Assembly (NCBI GenBank): GCA_964016885.1
Contig: OZ024743.1
Span: forward strand, 32,116,001-32,180,000
Length of the DNA: 64,000 nt
DNA from: Eledone cirrhosa
Lineage: Eukaryota
Direction: 5' to 3'
Below the pieces are notes generated by a model that did not search any database, was not told the origin of the DNA, and worked only from the letters and a program-made list of their open reading frames with translations. This document shows, in pieces, positions 13,463 to 27,130 of the stretch. The position numbers and the translations under genes are program-made. The stretch's first letter is position 1, and the number at the start of each line of letters is the position of its first letter.

Positions 13463-16400
13463 TAAGCTGATAAAACTCTCCAGTAACTACATTTCAAATC
13501 AGTTTCAGAGGAAATTACTGACAACAAAAAATAAATGATAAATGTAAGATAAATTTAACACATTTTCTGTTTTTGCAATGGCTAAAATGTCTCTCAATTT
13601 AATTGATTTAGTTTCAACACACTGTCTCAGATTAGGTCACTTACTAGACAAGTACAATTACGAATTATTTTTCTTGTTTTGTGTATGGGTTGTTTACATT
13701 GGTGAAAGAGCTGTGGCAATTATCCTAGTCGTCTCCGAAACAAATGGGAGGGAGGTTGACTTCGAGAAGGCACTTAAAAGCCAAGTAGTGGAGTTAAATC
13801 CGGCAACAACTTATATATATGTCACCCAAAATAGGCCACGGTGTGATTTGAACTTATAATGAAAAGAGCCGGAACAAATACAGTAAAGAATCCTGTATCG
13901 CCCAAGAAAGAATTAAAAGCAAAGTTGACTTAAGCCTGGTTAAATACCGTTTGTTTGACGCTGTGATGCTCCTGTTAATTCTGCAACCTGATAAGATTGT
14001 TTATGTTGATGCCCCCGGGTGAAGAAACGTCTATTTGTAAAATTAGCAATTGAAAGAAACGCGACAACTGAGGTCTGAATTAATAAAACCGTAGATGCAC
14101 CGTCGATAACAGAAACTTTATTGAAAACTAAAAGACCCCAGCTTAGTTCAATAGATTGAAACTAAAACGTTAATACAATTTCTGTTGAAATTAGAATCGA
14201 TAATACTGTTTGCCTAACAACTCTTTTTCGCTTAGAAAACGAATTAAACCTTGAAAAATATAATGTTTTGGTTTCGCGTCTCTTGAGATCTGTTTCTACG
14301 TGTTTATTTTTCTGTTCTACTTTCTTTCGAGTTAGTGTTTCATAAATAGTATATTCTCATAAAACAACACGTTCCACAACAGAGCTACAAAAATATGTAG
14401 GACGCAGGTGGATTTTAAGTTATTGACATGTGTACTGAAGCATATTTCAGTAGAAATTAATAATTAACCAGCTTGACTACGTATGATCATTACTATTCCT
14501 TCTATGGTAATAAATGCGAACGGGTTTTAAAGCAATCGTATATGTAATTTAATTCCATTACGTCTTAAGTTCAAATCTCACTAAAGTCTGTTTTAATTTC
14601 CACGAATCCTATGGTACTTCATATAATATATTGAAGTCAATTCAATCCATTTTGCTTAGTCCCGTCTCAGATTGCCATATTTTTTTAATGTTTAGTCAAG
14701 AAGTGTAGGGTGGTGCTTTTACAGGGTTTCTGAGGTTGATGAGAGGGAGGAACGTGTGATCAAACCAGGGACCTGGCCTGAATGCTAGAAAAAAATGGAC
14801 AGCGTTTTTGACGCCCAAGGCGGGATTCAAACACACAGTACAAAATAAAACCAGAAGAAATACGCAAGATATCTTATCCGATGCTCTAGCAATTTCATCA
14901 ATCCCCTACCCTCTGACTGGTATCTTGTTTTAATGACGCCAAAAGGATAATAGATATATTGACCTGGATCAGATATTTGTTCTATGACTCTACCAATTCG
15001 CCGCCTATATCCTTCCTTTTAATGACAACCAATTCATCACCATGATGCTTAGGTCAAAGATCATAATTGCAATGTACCCATACAACCGTAATATTACAGA
15101 ACATCCTTTTAATGGTTACACTTTTATCGACCATGGGTTACAAGTTTACAATGTAGATATTATAAAGCTGTTTACTAACGTGATTCAAAATTCAGACTTT
15201 CCGCCAAACCTTAGTTTTATAAAAAATTAAAAGTAATATATTGTGACCAGAAAGCTATTCCTCCAGAACGTTGTTAATCAATCAGTCCACCCGGAAAAGA
15301 TTCAAAATTTTAATTTGTGAAGCGGTACTGTGTTGTAACAATGGTCATGCTGCTCCAAACATATTTTCCTATCTTTCAATTCTTTTTATTTAAACATTGT
15401 TGTTGCTTATCTCTACGTCAGCCCTGGTCGAGAAAAGCTATGATCACATGCATTCTTTTTATCATAAAGTATCTAGAACTACACTATCAATGCACCCTTA
15501 AATTTGTAAACAGCAAATTATATGAGGATGATTTGGCTATTATATCTAGCGGGACGAGTGACCACGTAGAGGTTTACTCGTTGCCTCGTTTTATTCTCGT
15601 TTGTTTACAATTAGGAAATTAAACGATCGTTTACTGACTTGTAAATATTGAATTAAATAGAAAACTATTGTATAAAGCAAAACTATCCGTTTTTCGGTAT
15701 CATTTACAAACGACAAAAAAATTGTAATTCAATATCTTTAATAGCAAGAACCAAGAGAAAATAAACAGAAGGAGTCTCAAAACTAAAAACAATATAACAA
15801 CAAAACCAAATAGACAATATTTGCCAATGACGTTATCTCAATATGTTACATTTTATCATGAGAATTCTTTATTCTTTAGTGCAATATTTACATTATAATA
15901 TTATGATTATATTTACATTTTTATATTTTCTTTCTATATTTTTGTTCTTGTTATTATTGCCGTTATTTTCTTCTCTTCTTTTTCCTTTTTAATACACAAT
16001 ATTACTATTTCCCAAATTGCCATTTGCCATTGAAACAATCCATCTTAGGATGGTGCGTGCTTTGTCAGGTAAATGTCAGTTTATTCGATCATTAATGTTC
16101 TGTACACTTAGCCGTCGTTTCAGCGTTCTATTTCATTGAAGCTCTTTACGCATTCCACTCCCCCACTAAATTATAATGTTTAGTACAGATTAGCCAATAA
16201 GTAGACATACCAAACAATAGGTTTACAGACATCGCTTAAATCTATATGAGCCCCGACTCCACTTCTATGTACAGAAGGGGGTTTGTTTCAGTGGTATTAA
16301 CAGCACTTGAGTTTAATCACATTGACTTATAGTAGTTTTTAGTTTTACTATTTTCCAATAGCAAAAATACATATAATATTCCAGTGCCTTTTCCAGAAAT

Positions 16401-16599
16401 ACATCTATCGTTCATCCACTTGTTGTTACAGAGGCTGGTATTCAACGATGTCTCAGAACTTAGTGTTTTAAAAAATTACTTGTATATCCCTTCACTGATG
16501 AGCATTCTCTCCGCCTCTTCAAAAGCTACAACATTCTCTATCCTTTCTTCTCTCAACCGACAAATACTTACCACCACCTATAGTCACATAAAATATTTA

Positions 16600-18100
16600 T
16601 TACACCCTCCCCCGATTTTGAAACCTGTATGCTGTAACATTATTACCTATGCAGTCACTATATTCCTATATTAGCTGAGCGATTCTACTATTCACTGGGA
16701 CAGATTCATTTGTGTGAGCACGTTTGAGAGTATATTTGCGATACCCAAGACATCACACTACCTGTATCCCATCTGGAGTTTACCCCCAAACCTCCGCATG
16801 ATCATAGATATCGGATCCCTCTACACAATCGTTCTTTATGTCCTCATCTTCTTCCTTGACAGTCACGTCATGCTCAACGCTAAGACACGTAGACATCCCC
16901 ACATCACTGAATCATCCTCGTTGATCAGAGTGACTATAGGTACTACAAGGTTGTCAAATTGTTTGTAGGCCACAGAGGCTCACCTAGGTTCTTATCTTGT
17001 TCACTGATTGATCATTGATTTATATGGTCGCTACACCACTGACTGTATTGGTACCATATCATTTACAAGAGAGCAGCTCTGTTCTTTCATTTTATTTGTC
17101 AACACTTTCTACTTCATTTACTATAATCCCACCGACTATATCGAATTTTCTATCTGTCAACTCGCATGCTCAAGACATGCCATTTTTCACAATTTTTCCG
17201 GCCTCCCTAGCATGGCGTAAATGTGCTCCACTGTTTGATCGAAAGAGCTTGCCACAAACTTGCCATTGACACATCATCGAGGAGAACTTGTCACTAGGCG
17301 CTAAATTACCTTTTTGCCTCGCTCACACCTGCCTAGATTTTCTTTCCCTTCATAGTCCAAACGTTACACAGCTACTTTAGCACATCATCATATTCGACTT
17401 CCACGTTTTTAACAATCCGACCCTATAACAGTCTCATATTTCCCAACTTTCTATCGTCGCTTTAGAAATGAACAGACGCCTGTATGACATTCACTTCAGA
17501 AGTAAACTGATTCTTAGTCACATCCAAACTGGAACACCAGCATGCTCATACACCACTCATCCACCAACCTTCCAAGTTAAGGAATACGGTTAATGTATCT
17601 GACCGCCTTACTCTACTTTGTCCAATAATATATACTGTGTAACACATTTCAGTTCATTGAATATAAGCGATATACGCTACGTTTTAGAAAATCGCTTTCG
17701 AGAACGACGCTGCAATATCTGATACGACACTCTGGGAGACTTCAAACTCGTAGCCCACTACTTCCATTCCTTCCTCTGTTTATTTTCATGACCATCTTTT
17801 TGTGTTCGACAAACTCCAATACCATAGTATACGCGAGGCTCAACAACTTTGGGTGCCATACCTGATTTTCAATGCATGTACCTTTGCTCACCCAGTATTA
17901 ATAGCCGCCTCAGTATCCTTCGATTGAGATACCAGCCGCTTTCTCAGTTCTGTTTTACCGTATTTCTCCTGTTCCACCCATTATTCATTACTTTCCGCTA
18001 TCTTATTTCTTTTTTTCTTGTCCATTCTTTCATTTGTCGACAACGTCTTTGCCATTTTCATCATTCCGATGAAGTACAATAGCTCGAAACGTTAGATATC
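16600..18100 (+). mobile_element. Degenerate Penelope-like element (RT + GIY-YIG relic) with a 3' hammerhead-like motif
   Basis: Translations in order: IDIGSLYTIV (motif A, DVxSLYT), VTIGT (GxAMG), LYGRYTTDCIGT (RYIDDC), EQLCSFILFVNTF, then LENRFRER, LVAHYFHS and LIF..SPSINSR (GIY-YIG C-terminus). CCGATGA..GAAACGTTA at 18066-18094. Confidence 0.65.
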
Positions 18101-20621
18101 TTATCCATGGTGGTATTTGAACACATCATCATTCTTGAAGCTTTTTTCTATTATTTGAAGCCGACCTTATTTTTGAAGCAAATATCTGGTTGCGTAAACG
18201 TATGATTCTCTACAATGTATAATGTTTGAGAAACAAGATGTTCATAAGATCAAATAGATATTCTACCTGTCGTTGAGGTTATTCTGACTACTGAATTCTA
18301 TGAGAGTTGTGTGGAGTCTTGCTAAAAGAGAATCAAATAATTTTGCACCACTTCATAACCAAGATTATTCTGTAAGCATCATTGTCGCTGAGCAGACTCT
18401 TCCAATTTCACCTTCATATATATAAATACAAATAACGAACATGTTATAAAGTAACCTGGCTACCACAGTACTAGTAAGCAGCTGGTAAAAGCTATGCTAC
18501 ACATGCCTTCAGAGTTATGATTCACCTAACAAAGACGAGATGTATGAGTTAGTTCATTAGGTGGTTTCTGCTAGGGGTGGCATTAGTGCATTAGTTTTTA
18601 ATTACTTCGGGAGAGTGATGGAAGAGAGAGTTGCAGTTACATATGTCCAAATCTACAGATTAAAGTCATTATAAGATTTTACCTGAAAACAATAACCGAT
18701 AAACCTCTCTAAAAGTAAGAGATTTGTTTTACTCATATATCCCGATTCTCCAGCCTGAAAAAGAAACATAAGTACTGCCAGGTCTATAGTTTTTACATAG
18801 GCTAAGTCAGCCTAAATATTTGTTGGTATTACAGAGTCAAAATAACTTACCGCTGTAAATTATAACAGCACTTCCAATTTGCAGAAAGTAGAAAGTTACG
18901 TTCACATTTTCTTTTGAATACTATTAATGGTATAATCTTTGTCAGTAGACCTGATAGCTCATTAATGAATTTCTCTTATCACTTAAAGTTAAGTAATTGG
19001 CTCGGATGTCTGAAAGCAGGTTATTGACTTAGCGAAATCTTCAGAATGCTCTATGTCTTAGCATATCACTTATTGTCACCTTCAGTTTTATTTTATCCTA
19101 CAATGTTCATTAACACTGTGTAGTGCTGTTGTTGTCCGAGATAATAAGTGTACCACAGTGCGGTGGTAGGACCTGTTGGGAATAGGAGCTAAATTTCTCT
19201 CAAGTCACACCCTAATGTCTTAAAACCTAGAAAAGTCTAACAATGTAGTGCTAGACACCGTATTTCTAAAATTAACATGGGATGATCATGGGTGAAATGC
19301 CTTGCTCGATTAAGACAGCTGGTATTAAAAACTAAAAACAATAACACTATTTTGTTGTTCAAACATAAACCATTTATTTTATAATATTGTATTCTGTATG
19401 CGTTTGTACGTATGAAAGTGAGGAGAAGTAGAAAGAGAATCTCAGCGTATATTAAGAGTTGAACCTGACTTATAACAACAGCCTATGATTATGGAGTAGA
19501 ACCGCACCGTGTATAAAACGCTGGTAACAGCAAAATATTTGTCATCTATCCTATATAGATATGTAATGATCTGAGACAAAAACACAACACGATAGATTAT
19601 TTGCAGTGGTTCAGTATCATAAATATACGACTATTTACTAGCTTCAGGCGTGGGTCTGTCGATATTTTATGAGTTGACATAGAAAACGTAATGTATATAA
19701 TTTATTCAATTACAGGAAAAGCAAAATTACTGCAACATGGAAATTGTGAACTACGAAAGTTTGTATATAACTACGAATCTTTGTGTTATTACGCGTGAAT
19801 ACACTAAAGCGGAGATGAGAATTCAGGAAATTATATCAAAAGTACAATACTATTAAAGTTTGATTGCCTCTCAGAATAGTTTCTTCGTGTGAATATAAAA
19901 ATTACATTCTTAAAGAACATTTCATCAAGACTAAATTTTATTCATGGAATAGCTTTAGTTTTATTGTGATTCATTTTAGTCTTTGGTCACCGTCAAAGCT
20001 GAATGGTTCTTCTCAAATCAGCTTTAAGTTTCCAGATCTAATAACAGAAATTAATCGGCTGATATTGACCCACGTTGAAGACATAGACGTAAAGGGAGAC
20101 AGATAACATAGTTTTAAACTTCATTGAGCAATATTCACTTTGAGTTCTAACTGATATTGAAACCTGAAAAGGAAAATGGCAATAAAATAAGCGTACTTTA
20201 ATAAAATATAATTTAAAAAATAAAAGAGACCACTGAAAGTTAGAAGACTGTAAACAAAAGCTGTTTTAAATAATGTTAAAGATTAAGCCAACATATTTAA
20301 AACATGAATTTTGTGGTTGAAACAGCTAGGACAACGAATCTAACTACAAAAAGCGATTGTCAAGATTGTAAAATAAAGAAGAAAAGAATAAAAAGTGGCA
20401 CGAATTTGTAAAAGAAAAAAAAACAATGTTCAAATTGCTGACTGCTTCGATGATTAAATATTGGTTTAGGAAAATGAAAGAAAGAAAAAGCAGGGAAAAT
20501 ATGGCAGAATGTCTTTTAGCTATATCTATAGTTTGGTCTCTTCAAGTCGGCTGAACATTGCAAGACACAAACACAGCATATAATAGAAAAACAATGGAGA
20601 TCAGAATATACACATAGATAT

Positions 20622-20657
<36 letters not shown>

Positions 20658-21461
20658 CGTGTGTGTGTGTATGTGTGTGTGTATGTGTGTGTGTGTATAT
20701 ATATATGTGTGTGTGTGTGTGTGTGGATCTGTATGTGAGGGATAACGTCTGTGTGGGTACGTATGTATGTGAATATATTAGTGTGTGCATGTAATAACTG
20801 GAAATATTTCAAAAGAATAATGGCTTGTCATTTTGTACATGATCATTGTTCAGCTATTGCTAATGTTGTTATACATGATGCCTCTGTTGTTGTTGTTATT
20901 TCTACTGCTGTTATTGTTTCACATGTTTTGTTTTTATGCCGTGATTATTGCTATTAATAAGTTAGTCAAGAATGTATTTTCTCATATATTTCACTCTTGC
21001 TGCTCCTCTTACGGATGTCTTCCATATATTTATTTTTCTCCGCCTACTTTTTTTTTCTTCTTCGTCTATCCTATGCTTTATTTTAATTTATATATATTGT
21101 TGAATGGACTCATATTTATTTTTTATCTAGTTCCTTTCAAATACACCATCAATACACGTTCACAGCACACACTCACACACAGATACACATACCGGCACAC
21201 ACACACACACACACACGCACATACAGGCACACACACACACACAAACAAATATATGCATACAAATATATGAAATAAAATGTAAGGGAAATAACTCAAATAG
21301 GCCAAAGTCTTAAATTTAGATAGACCATCTAAGTATGACATAGAGAATGATGAACACAAAATATTCTCAATTAACTTGAAACTTAGCTGGAAAAAATAAA
21401 TCAGAAACCTAGCGGTAATTGATAACAACACACATACGTAAATACATATATGTGTGTGTGT

Positions 21462-21566
<105 letters not shown>

Positions 21567-21693
21567 TATGTGATTGACGGATGAGAGAAAAGAGTACTCA
21601 AAACCGAAGTAGATTTTAACTATTCAGTTTATTAAGGCTAAATAGGGAGTTTTATTACTCTGGAGTTACGCCTGTTTATCAGAGGGTCATGTG

Positions 21694-21735
<42 letters not shown>

Positions 21736-22329
21736 TTATACATGTGTTTGTGTATGCTTGTGTATATTTCTATGTATGTATATCGGATGATAGGGCTGGG
21801 CCATCGAAATGTGTAGAGTTATTTCGCGGTATTGAAATTCTAAAGCAAATTTTCTATTGTTTTAATGAATATATATATATGTGTGTGTGTGCGTGTATCT
21901 TAAGTTTAGATGTATGTATGAATGTATGCATTTGTATATATTTATATATATATATATGGGGTGTGGGGGTGTATTTTTATGTGTGTATGTAAATGTATAT
22001 ATATATAAACATGCAATTGACTTTGTGGTATTTGTGGTAACCAATTTAATTCGTTCCAAGCAACATGAAAATTTACAGTGTACCTAAAGCATTTCTTTAA
22101 ACATTAAAAAATTCACGAAGAACTAATATAAAATATATGCATATAATATTATGTCATAATAGTAATACAAATAATAAATAAAGAGATAAATATATAAATT
22201 AATGAATACTATATCAACACATCATTTCCAAGATCACTCTCTGACGATGAAAAGCTAACGGACATTAAAATAAAACATTAGTGCTGTTATTACTAGATAA
22301 ATAACATAAATAATCTGTAAAAGGAAAGA

Positions 22330-23200
22330 ATGATTTATCGAATTTTTAAGAAAATAATAACTTCGAGAATAAGAATTATAAATTGACTTTTACGACATCA
22401 CACAATTTCTCACCAAAGTTTGACAGTCTGTTCAGCCAAAAGGAAGAGCGTCAGGGTGGCTGAGGATGAGAAAAATTATTGAGAAAGTGAGAAGGATATC
22501 ATTTGATTTACGCCTTTTAGAAGAATCTTCTTCCGTATAAAAATCATCAAGAATTTGTTGTCACTTAAGAAGAAAGTGCAAATGTACATGGTCACCTTTT
22601 TTACAAGAAAATATCTATCTATCCTGCTGGATATAACTGAAAGACTCACGGTTGATACGATGACGGGTGAACTAGTCAAAGGAGTTAAGTGTCGTGACTT
22701 CGTCATAAAACAAAGACAAGTGAATTTTCCTTTGATGCATGAACAACTATACATAGAAATGCCAAAATATATTAAACAATTTCGTTTTGATTATATATAA
22801 CTGAAGTAGCTAATAATAATCTGTCTCAGAGCAGTAGTTTAGTATTTCCAAACGCTCCAACCTCAAGTTGGATATCCCAACGACAACAGTTCGTGATATT
22901 GATATAATTGTCAGTAGAGGGACAACCAGTAATTCTGACAGCTCTTCTCTTCCAGATCTTTCTGATTAATTGTATATTGTCAGGATGGCTAGTATTGCAA
23001 CATTTTGTAGATATACAGTTCGTGTTACCTGTAGTTGCTAAACCTAAGTCTATATCAATCCAAAATGCGTTAGAGATACGAGAAGTGTATAATTAGAGGG
23101 TCAGAGGTCCATGGAATAGATGTTTAATCTAACAGCCACCACGAAGCACTAGAACTATATGAAAGTGGAAACACAATGTCCACCCATCATTTATAATATG
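22330..23200 (-). mobile_element. Possible second, very degenerate Penelope-like RT relic
   Basis: Minus-strand fragments YSMD..YT, FGISMYS and ILDDF occur in the order expected for RT motifs A, B' and C, but in different frames. Confidence 0.3.
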
Positions 23201-23678
23201 CAGGTGCAACTGTATAAGCTTAGATGTAACCTCCTAGGGTCAGATGATGTGCGTGTTAACAGGTAATTTAAATTCACTGCGGAGAATACAGTGTTCCAGA
23301 ATGAGAATTACATTTTAAGAACGGTTAGGAGAATGACGAGTGACGTTAAATTTAGTTATAAACATTCTACATTCACATTATTACAGTTAAAGGGTAGGAA
23401 GAATGTTTCCGTCTTCATTATATATTTCTAGTGAATAAACAAAATTATTCTGTAAGGATTTGTGAGCGAATAATATTAATATGGTGGGAGTCGCCTTAGA
23501 ACTCACACTGAATTATTATTATATGACCTTTATTTGTCCAACTGCCCATATAATCTGGCATGATTCTGGAACCAGTGTGTGTGTGTGTATGTGTATGTGC
23601 ATATGTTTGACTGTGTGCGTGAATATATACATCCATCCAAATATAAATACATACATACATGCATACATACATACATCA

Positions 23679-24287
23679 TGGTGGCTGCCAACTCGTTTTC
23701 GAGTACGGCCACTACTTTATATCCATGTAGGAGAACTCCTACCGATGCGCTGAACGAGTGTGACTTTTTAGTCCAGCCAGCGACTTGAAAACTCTGGTAC
23801 AAACACTACACTTGTGCTGGGACCATGGTACAAACACTACATAGTGCTGGGCCCATGATACCATGTGACGACAAGTGCGGAGAGATCTCCAGATATAAAG
23901 CAATGCCTGTGCTGTGAAGCTTTTATAGTGAGCAAAGGCACTGCACAAAGCCAGTCCCACTCTCTTAACCGAGATGATATTTACCAAAAAGAAGAACAAG
24001 TCAACATCATTGGATACCGTCAGGGTTGCAGGTGTTATATCAGAGTTTTCCTTCTCCTAGAATTCTGCCTTGACAAAGGCTAAGGGGTCATCTCTCCCGG
24101 TTATTTTGGATGGCCATTGACTCTTAAGAGCTCCTTTGACAGGTTTTGTTTTTAGTCCTGCAGGATGTCCAGTCACCCTCCTCACCAAGAAACCTTGGTG
24201 GGGTTGCCAGTTTAGTCGCCAACGACCCGACCATGAGACAGGTTGTACTGGCATACATGTTACCAGTAGCACCAACTGGTGACCTGA
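23679..24287 (-). mobile_element. Bipartite non-autonomous RTE-derived element, family 1 (copy A)
   Basis: 5' leader with CTAGGAGAAGGAAAACTCTGATATAACACCTGC. The 3' end encodes CSVCTRVFKSLAGLKSHTRSAH, followed by the tail CTCGAAAACGAGTTGGCAGCCACC-(ATGT)n. Near-identical copy at 25447. Confidence 0.8.
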
Positions 24288-24330
24288 CATACATCATACA
24301 TACATACATACATACATACATGATGATGAT

Positions 24331-24784
24331 GATGGCTGCAACTCGATTTCGAGTAATGCCATCGCTTGATACTTAAGCATGAGCATCACGGACATGGCTT
24401 CCTAGTCATGCTAGGAATTTGTCTATGGCCATCAATACAATGCATCACAAAAAATGTCACATATCAAGCGATGGCTGTGCTTGAAGCTTTTTTAAGTGAG
24501 GAAAGGCTTTGCACGGGGCCAGTCTCACTCTCTAAACATCGAATGCTTGTGCCCCAAAATCAGAACTGGTCTACATCATTGGATGCAAACCAAGTCGCAG
24601 GTTTTATATCAGAGTGAACTTCTCCTAGAGAGATGTCTTAATTAAGACTAGAGGTCTCTCACTGGTTTAGCCTTTCGTCCCACAGGATGTCCAAAATTAC
24701 CCTCACCAAACAGGTTTGGTGGAGTTGCCGATTTAGTCGCCGACGATCCGACCTTGTAAAGTTTGTACTGAATAGCCACCTGAC
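24331..24784 (-). mobile_element. Bipartite non-autonomous RTE-derived element, family 2
   Basis: Shares leader motifs (GGCGACTAAA, CTAGGAGAAG..CTCTGATATAAAACCTGC) and tail (CTCGAAATCGAGTTGCAGCC-(ATC)n-(ATGT)n) with families 1 and 3. Confidence 0.7.
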
Positions 24785-24837
24785 ATACATACGTACCTAC
24801 ATACATACATACATACATAGATACATACACACATACA

Positions 24838-25363
24838 ATGGTGGCTGCTCCATGGTTATCGAGTATGGCCATTGCACAATATACCATTATTAATAATTAT
24901 TAATTAATTCTATCGTGCAATGCCTGTGCATGAAGATATTTTTTAAAGTGAGGAAAGACTGTGCACTGAGCCAATCCCACTCTCTGAGTGACAGTAGCTA
25001 TAACCCGAAAAGAAGAAAAGATTAACCACTGAGCCGCAGGTTTTATATCGGAGTTATCCCAGTTTCCTGAGTTGCCTTCTCCTAGAAGAATGCCCTGACA
25101 AAGGCTAGGAGTCCTTCACTCCCAGTGGTTTAACTGCGCAGTATATGTGTATATACATATTTACACACTTTCAGATGGTCGTTGACTCTTATAAGTTCTT
25201 CCGCCCGTTGTCTGGTTTTGTTTTTTTGTCCTGCAGGGTGCCCAAAATCACCCTCCTCCCCAAGTAAACTTGGTGGGGTTGTCGGTTTAGTCGCCGACAA
25301 CCCGACCATGTGACAGGTTGTACTGGGTTACATATTACCAGTAGCACTCAAGAGTGACCCGAC
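24838..25363 (-). mobile_element. Bipartite non-autonomous RTE-derived element, family 3 (partner of the intact RTE at 38.7-43.2 kb)
   Basis: 24914-25139 matches the RTE 5' UTR at 42926-43163, and 24843-24880 matches the RTE 3' end at 38761-38796. Confidence 0.85.
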
Positions 25364-25446
25364 ATAGACATGCATACATACATACATACATACATACATA
25401 CATACATACATACATACATACATACATACATACATACATACATACA

Positions 25447-26057
25447 TGGTGGCTGCCAACTCGTTTTCGAGTACGGCCACTACTTTATATCCATGTAGGA
25501 GAACCCCTACCGATGCGCTGAACGAGCGTGACTTTTTAGTCCAGCCAGCGACTTGAAAACTCTGGTACAAACACTACACTTGTGACAATTATTGACATAT
25601 AGTGCTGGGCCCATGGTACCATGTGATGACAAGTGCAGAGAGATCTCCAGATATAAAGCAAAGCCTGTGCCGTGAAGCTTTTATAGTGAGCAAAGGCACT
25701 GCACAAAGCCAGTCCCACTCTCTTAACCAAGATGATATTTACCAAAAAGAATAACAAATCAACATCATTGGATACCATCAGGGTTGCAGGTGTTATATCA
25801 GAGTTTTCCTTCTCCTAGAATTCTGCCTTGACAAAGGCTAAGGGGTCATCTCTCCCGGTGATTTTGGATGGCCATTGACTCTTAAGAGCTCCTTTGCCCT
25901 TTGACAGGTTTCGTTTTTAGTCCTGCAGGATGTCCAAAGTCACCCTCCTCACCAAGAAACCTTGGTGGGGTTGCCAGTTTAGTCGCCAATGACCCGACCA
26001 TGAGACAGGTTGTACTGGGATACATGTTACCAGTAGCACCAACTGGTGACCTGACAT
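25447..26057 (-). mobile_element. Bipartite RTE-derived element, family 1 (copy D)
   Basis: Highly similar to 23679-24287 over the full length; (CATA)n on both sides. Confidence 0.85.
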
Positions 26058-26181
26058 ACATATATACATATATACATACATACATACACACATCTACATA
26101 TATATACACATATATATACATACATACACATATCTATATATATATATACATATACATATACATACATACATATATATATAC

Positions 26182-26437
26182 ATGGTGGCTGCCAACTCTT
26201 TTTCGAGTACGGCCACTACTTTATATCCATGTAGGAGAACCCCTACCGATGCGCTAAACAAGTGTGACTTTTTAGTCCAGCCAGCGACTTGAAAACTCTG
26301 GTACAAACACTACACCTGTGACAATTCTTGACACATAGTGCTGGGCCCACGGCACCATGTGAAGACAAGTGCAGAGAGATCTCCAGATACAAAGCAATGC
26401 CTGTGCCGTGAAGATTTTATAGTGAGCAAAGGCACTG
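26182..26437 (-). mobile_element. 5'-truncated family 1 RTE-derived element
   Basis: 3' 255 bp of family 1, flanked by (CATA)n tracts. Confidence 0.8.
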
Positions 26438-26905
26438 ACATACATACATACATACATACATACATACATACATACATACATACATACATACATACATACA
26501 TGTGAATTAATTAATGTAAGTGTTTGGATTTATTTCCTTATGTATGCATCTACCGATGGAACCATTTACGTATGAATGCTTATATTTAAGTGTGTATTTA
26601 TATATGTATGTATATACCGCAACTTTGATGCCTATAATATCAAGCTTCTGTTAGTTGTCATCCTGTAATACGTTCTAGCAACCAATCCATGGGAAACCAT
26701 AGATGAAATACCCACAACAATGTCGTTGTTAATGAGCTCCATATAAGCCTTGATCAAATAATTAACAGTGGGAAGTATCTCAGTGTTTCCTTTACGAACA
26801 CCTGATCATTAAAACACTGGGAACGTAGATTACATCGGTCTATAAAAAGGCAAAGCATTTATACAACACATACACAGACACACATGAGCACACACGCGCG
26901 CGCAG

Positions 26906-26937
<32 letters not shown>

Positions 26938-27097
26938 GTATAATATATATTTGTAGAGAGAGAGAGAGTGAGTGAGCGATAGAGAGAGAGTGAGTGAGAG
27001 AGAGTGAGTGAGCGAGAGAGAGAGAGTGAGCGAGAGAGAGTGAGTGAGTGAGAGAGAGTGAGAGAGAGAGAGAGAGATTTTAAAATTAGGCTGCGTG

Positions 27098-27130
27098 GTT
27101 ACCATGACAACATCATTAAATAATCACGTG
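27098..27130. promoter_or_regulatory. RFX X-box and E-box downstream of a GA-rich tract
   Basis: GTTACCATGACAAC (27098-27111) closely fits the X-box palindrome GTTGCCATGGCAAC; CACGTG at 27125-27130. Confidence 0.4.

Noticed and set aside
21574-21615. Hammerhead-like CGGATGA-GAG..CTC-AAAAC
   Set aside because: Two core mismatches and no convincing stem I or stem III.
24200-24287. Canonical HDV-like or twister ribozyme at the RTE 5' end
   Set aside because: An ACC-loop-GGT P3-like hairpin exists, but there is no P1 partner, P2 pairing is not conserved across families, and no twister P4 loop was found.
26620-26805. Minus-strand exon near the X-box
   Set aside because: Stops in all three frames and a weak acceptor; no recognisable peptide.
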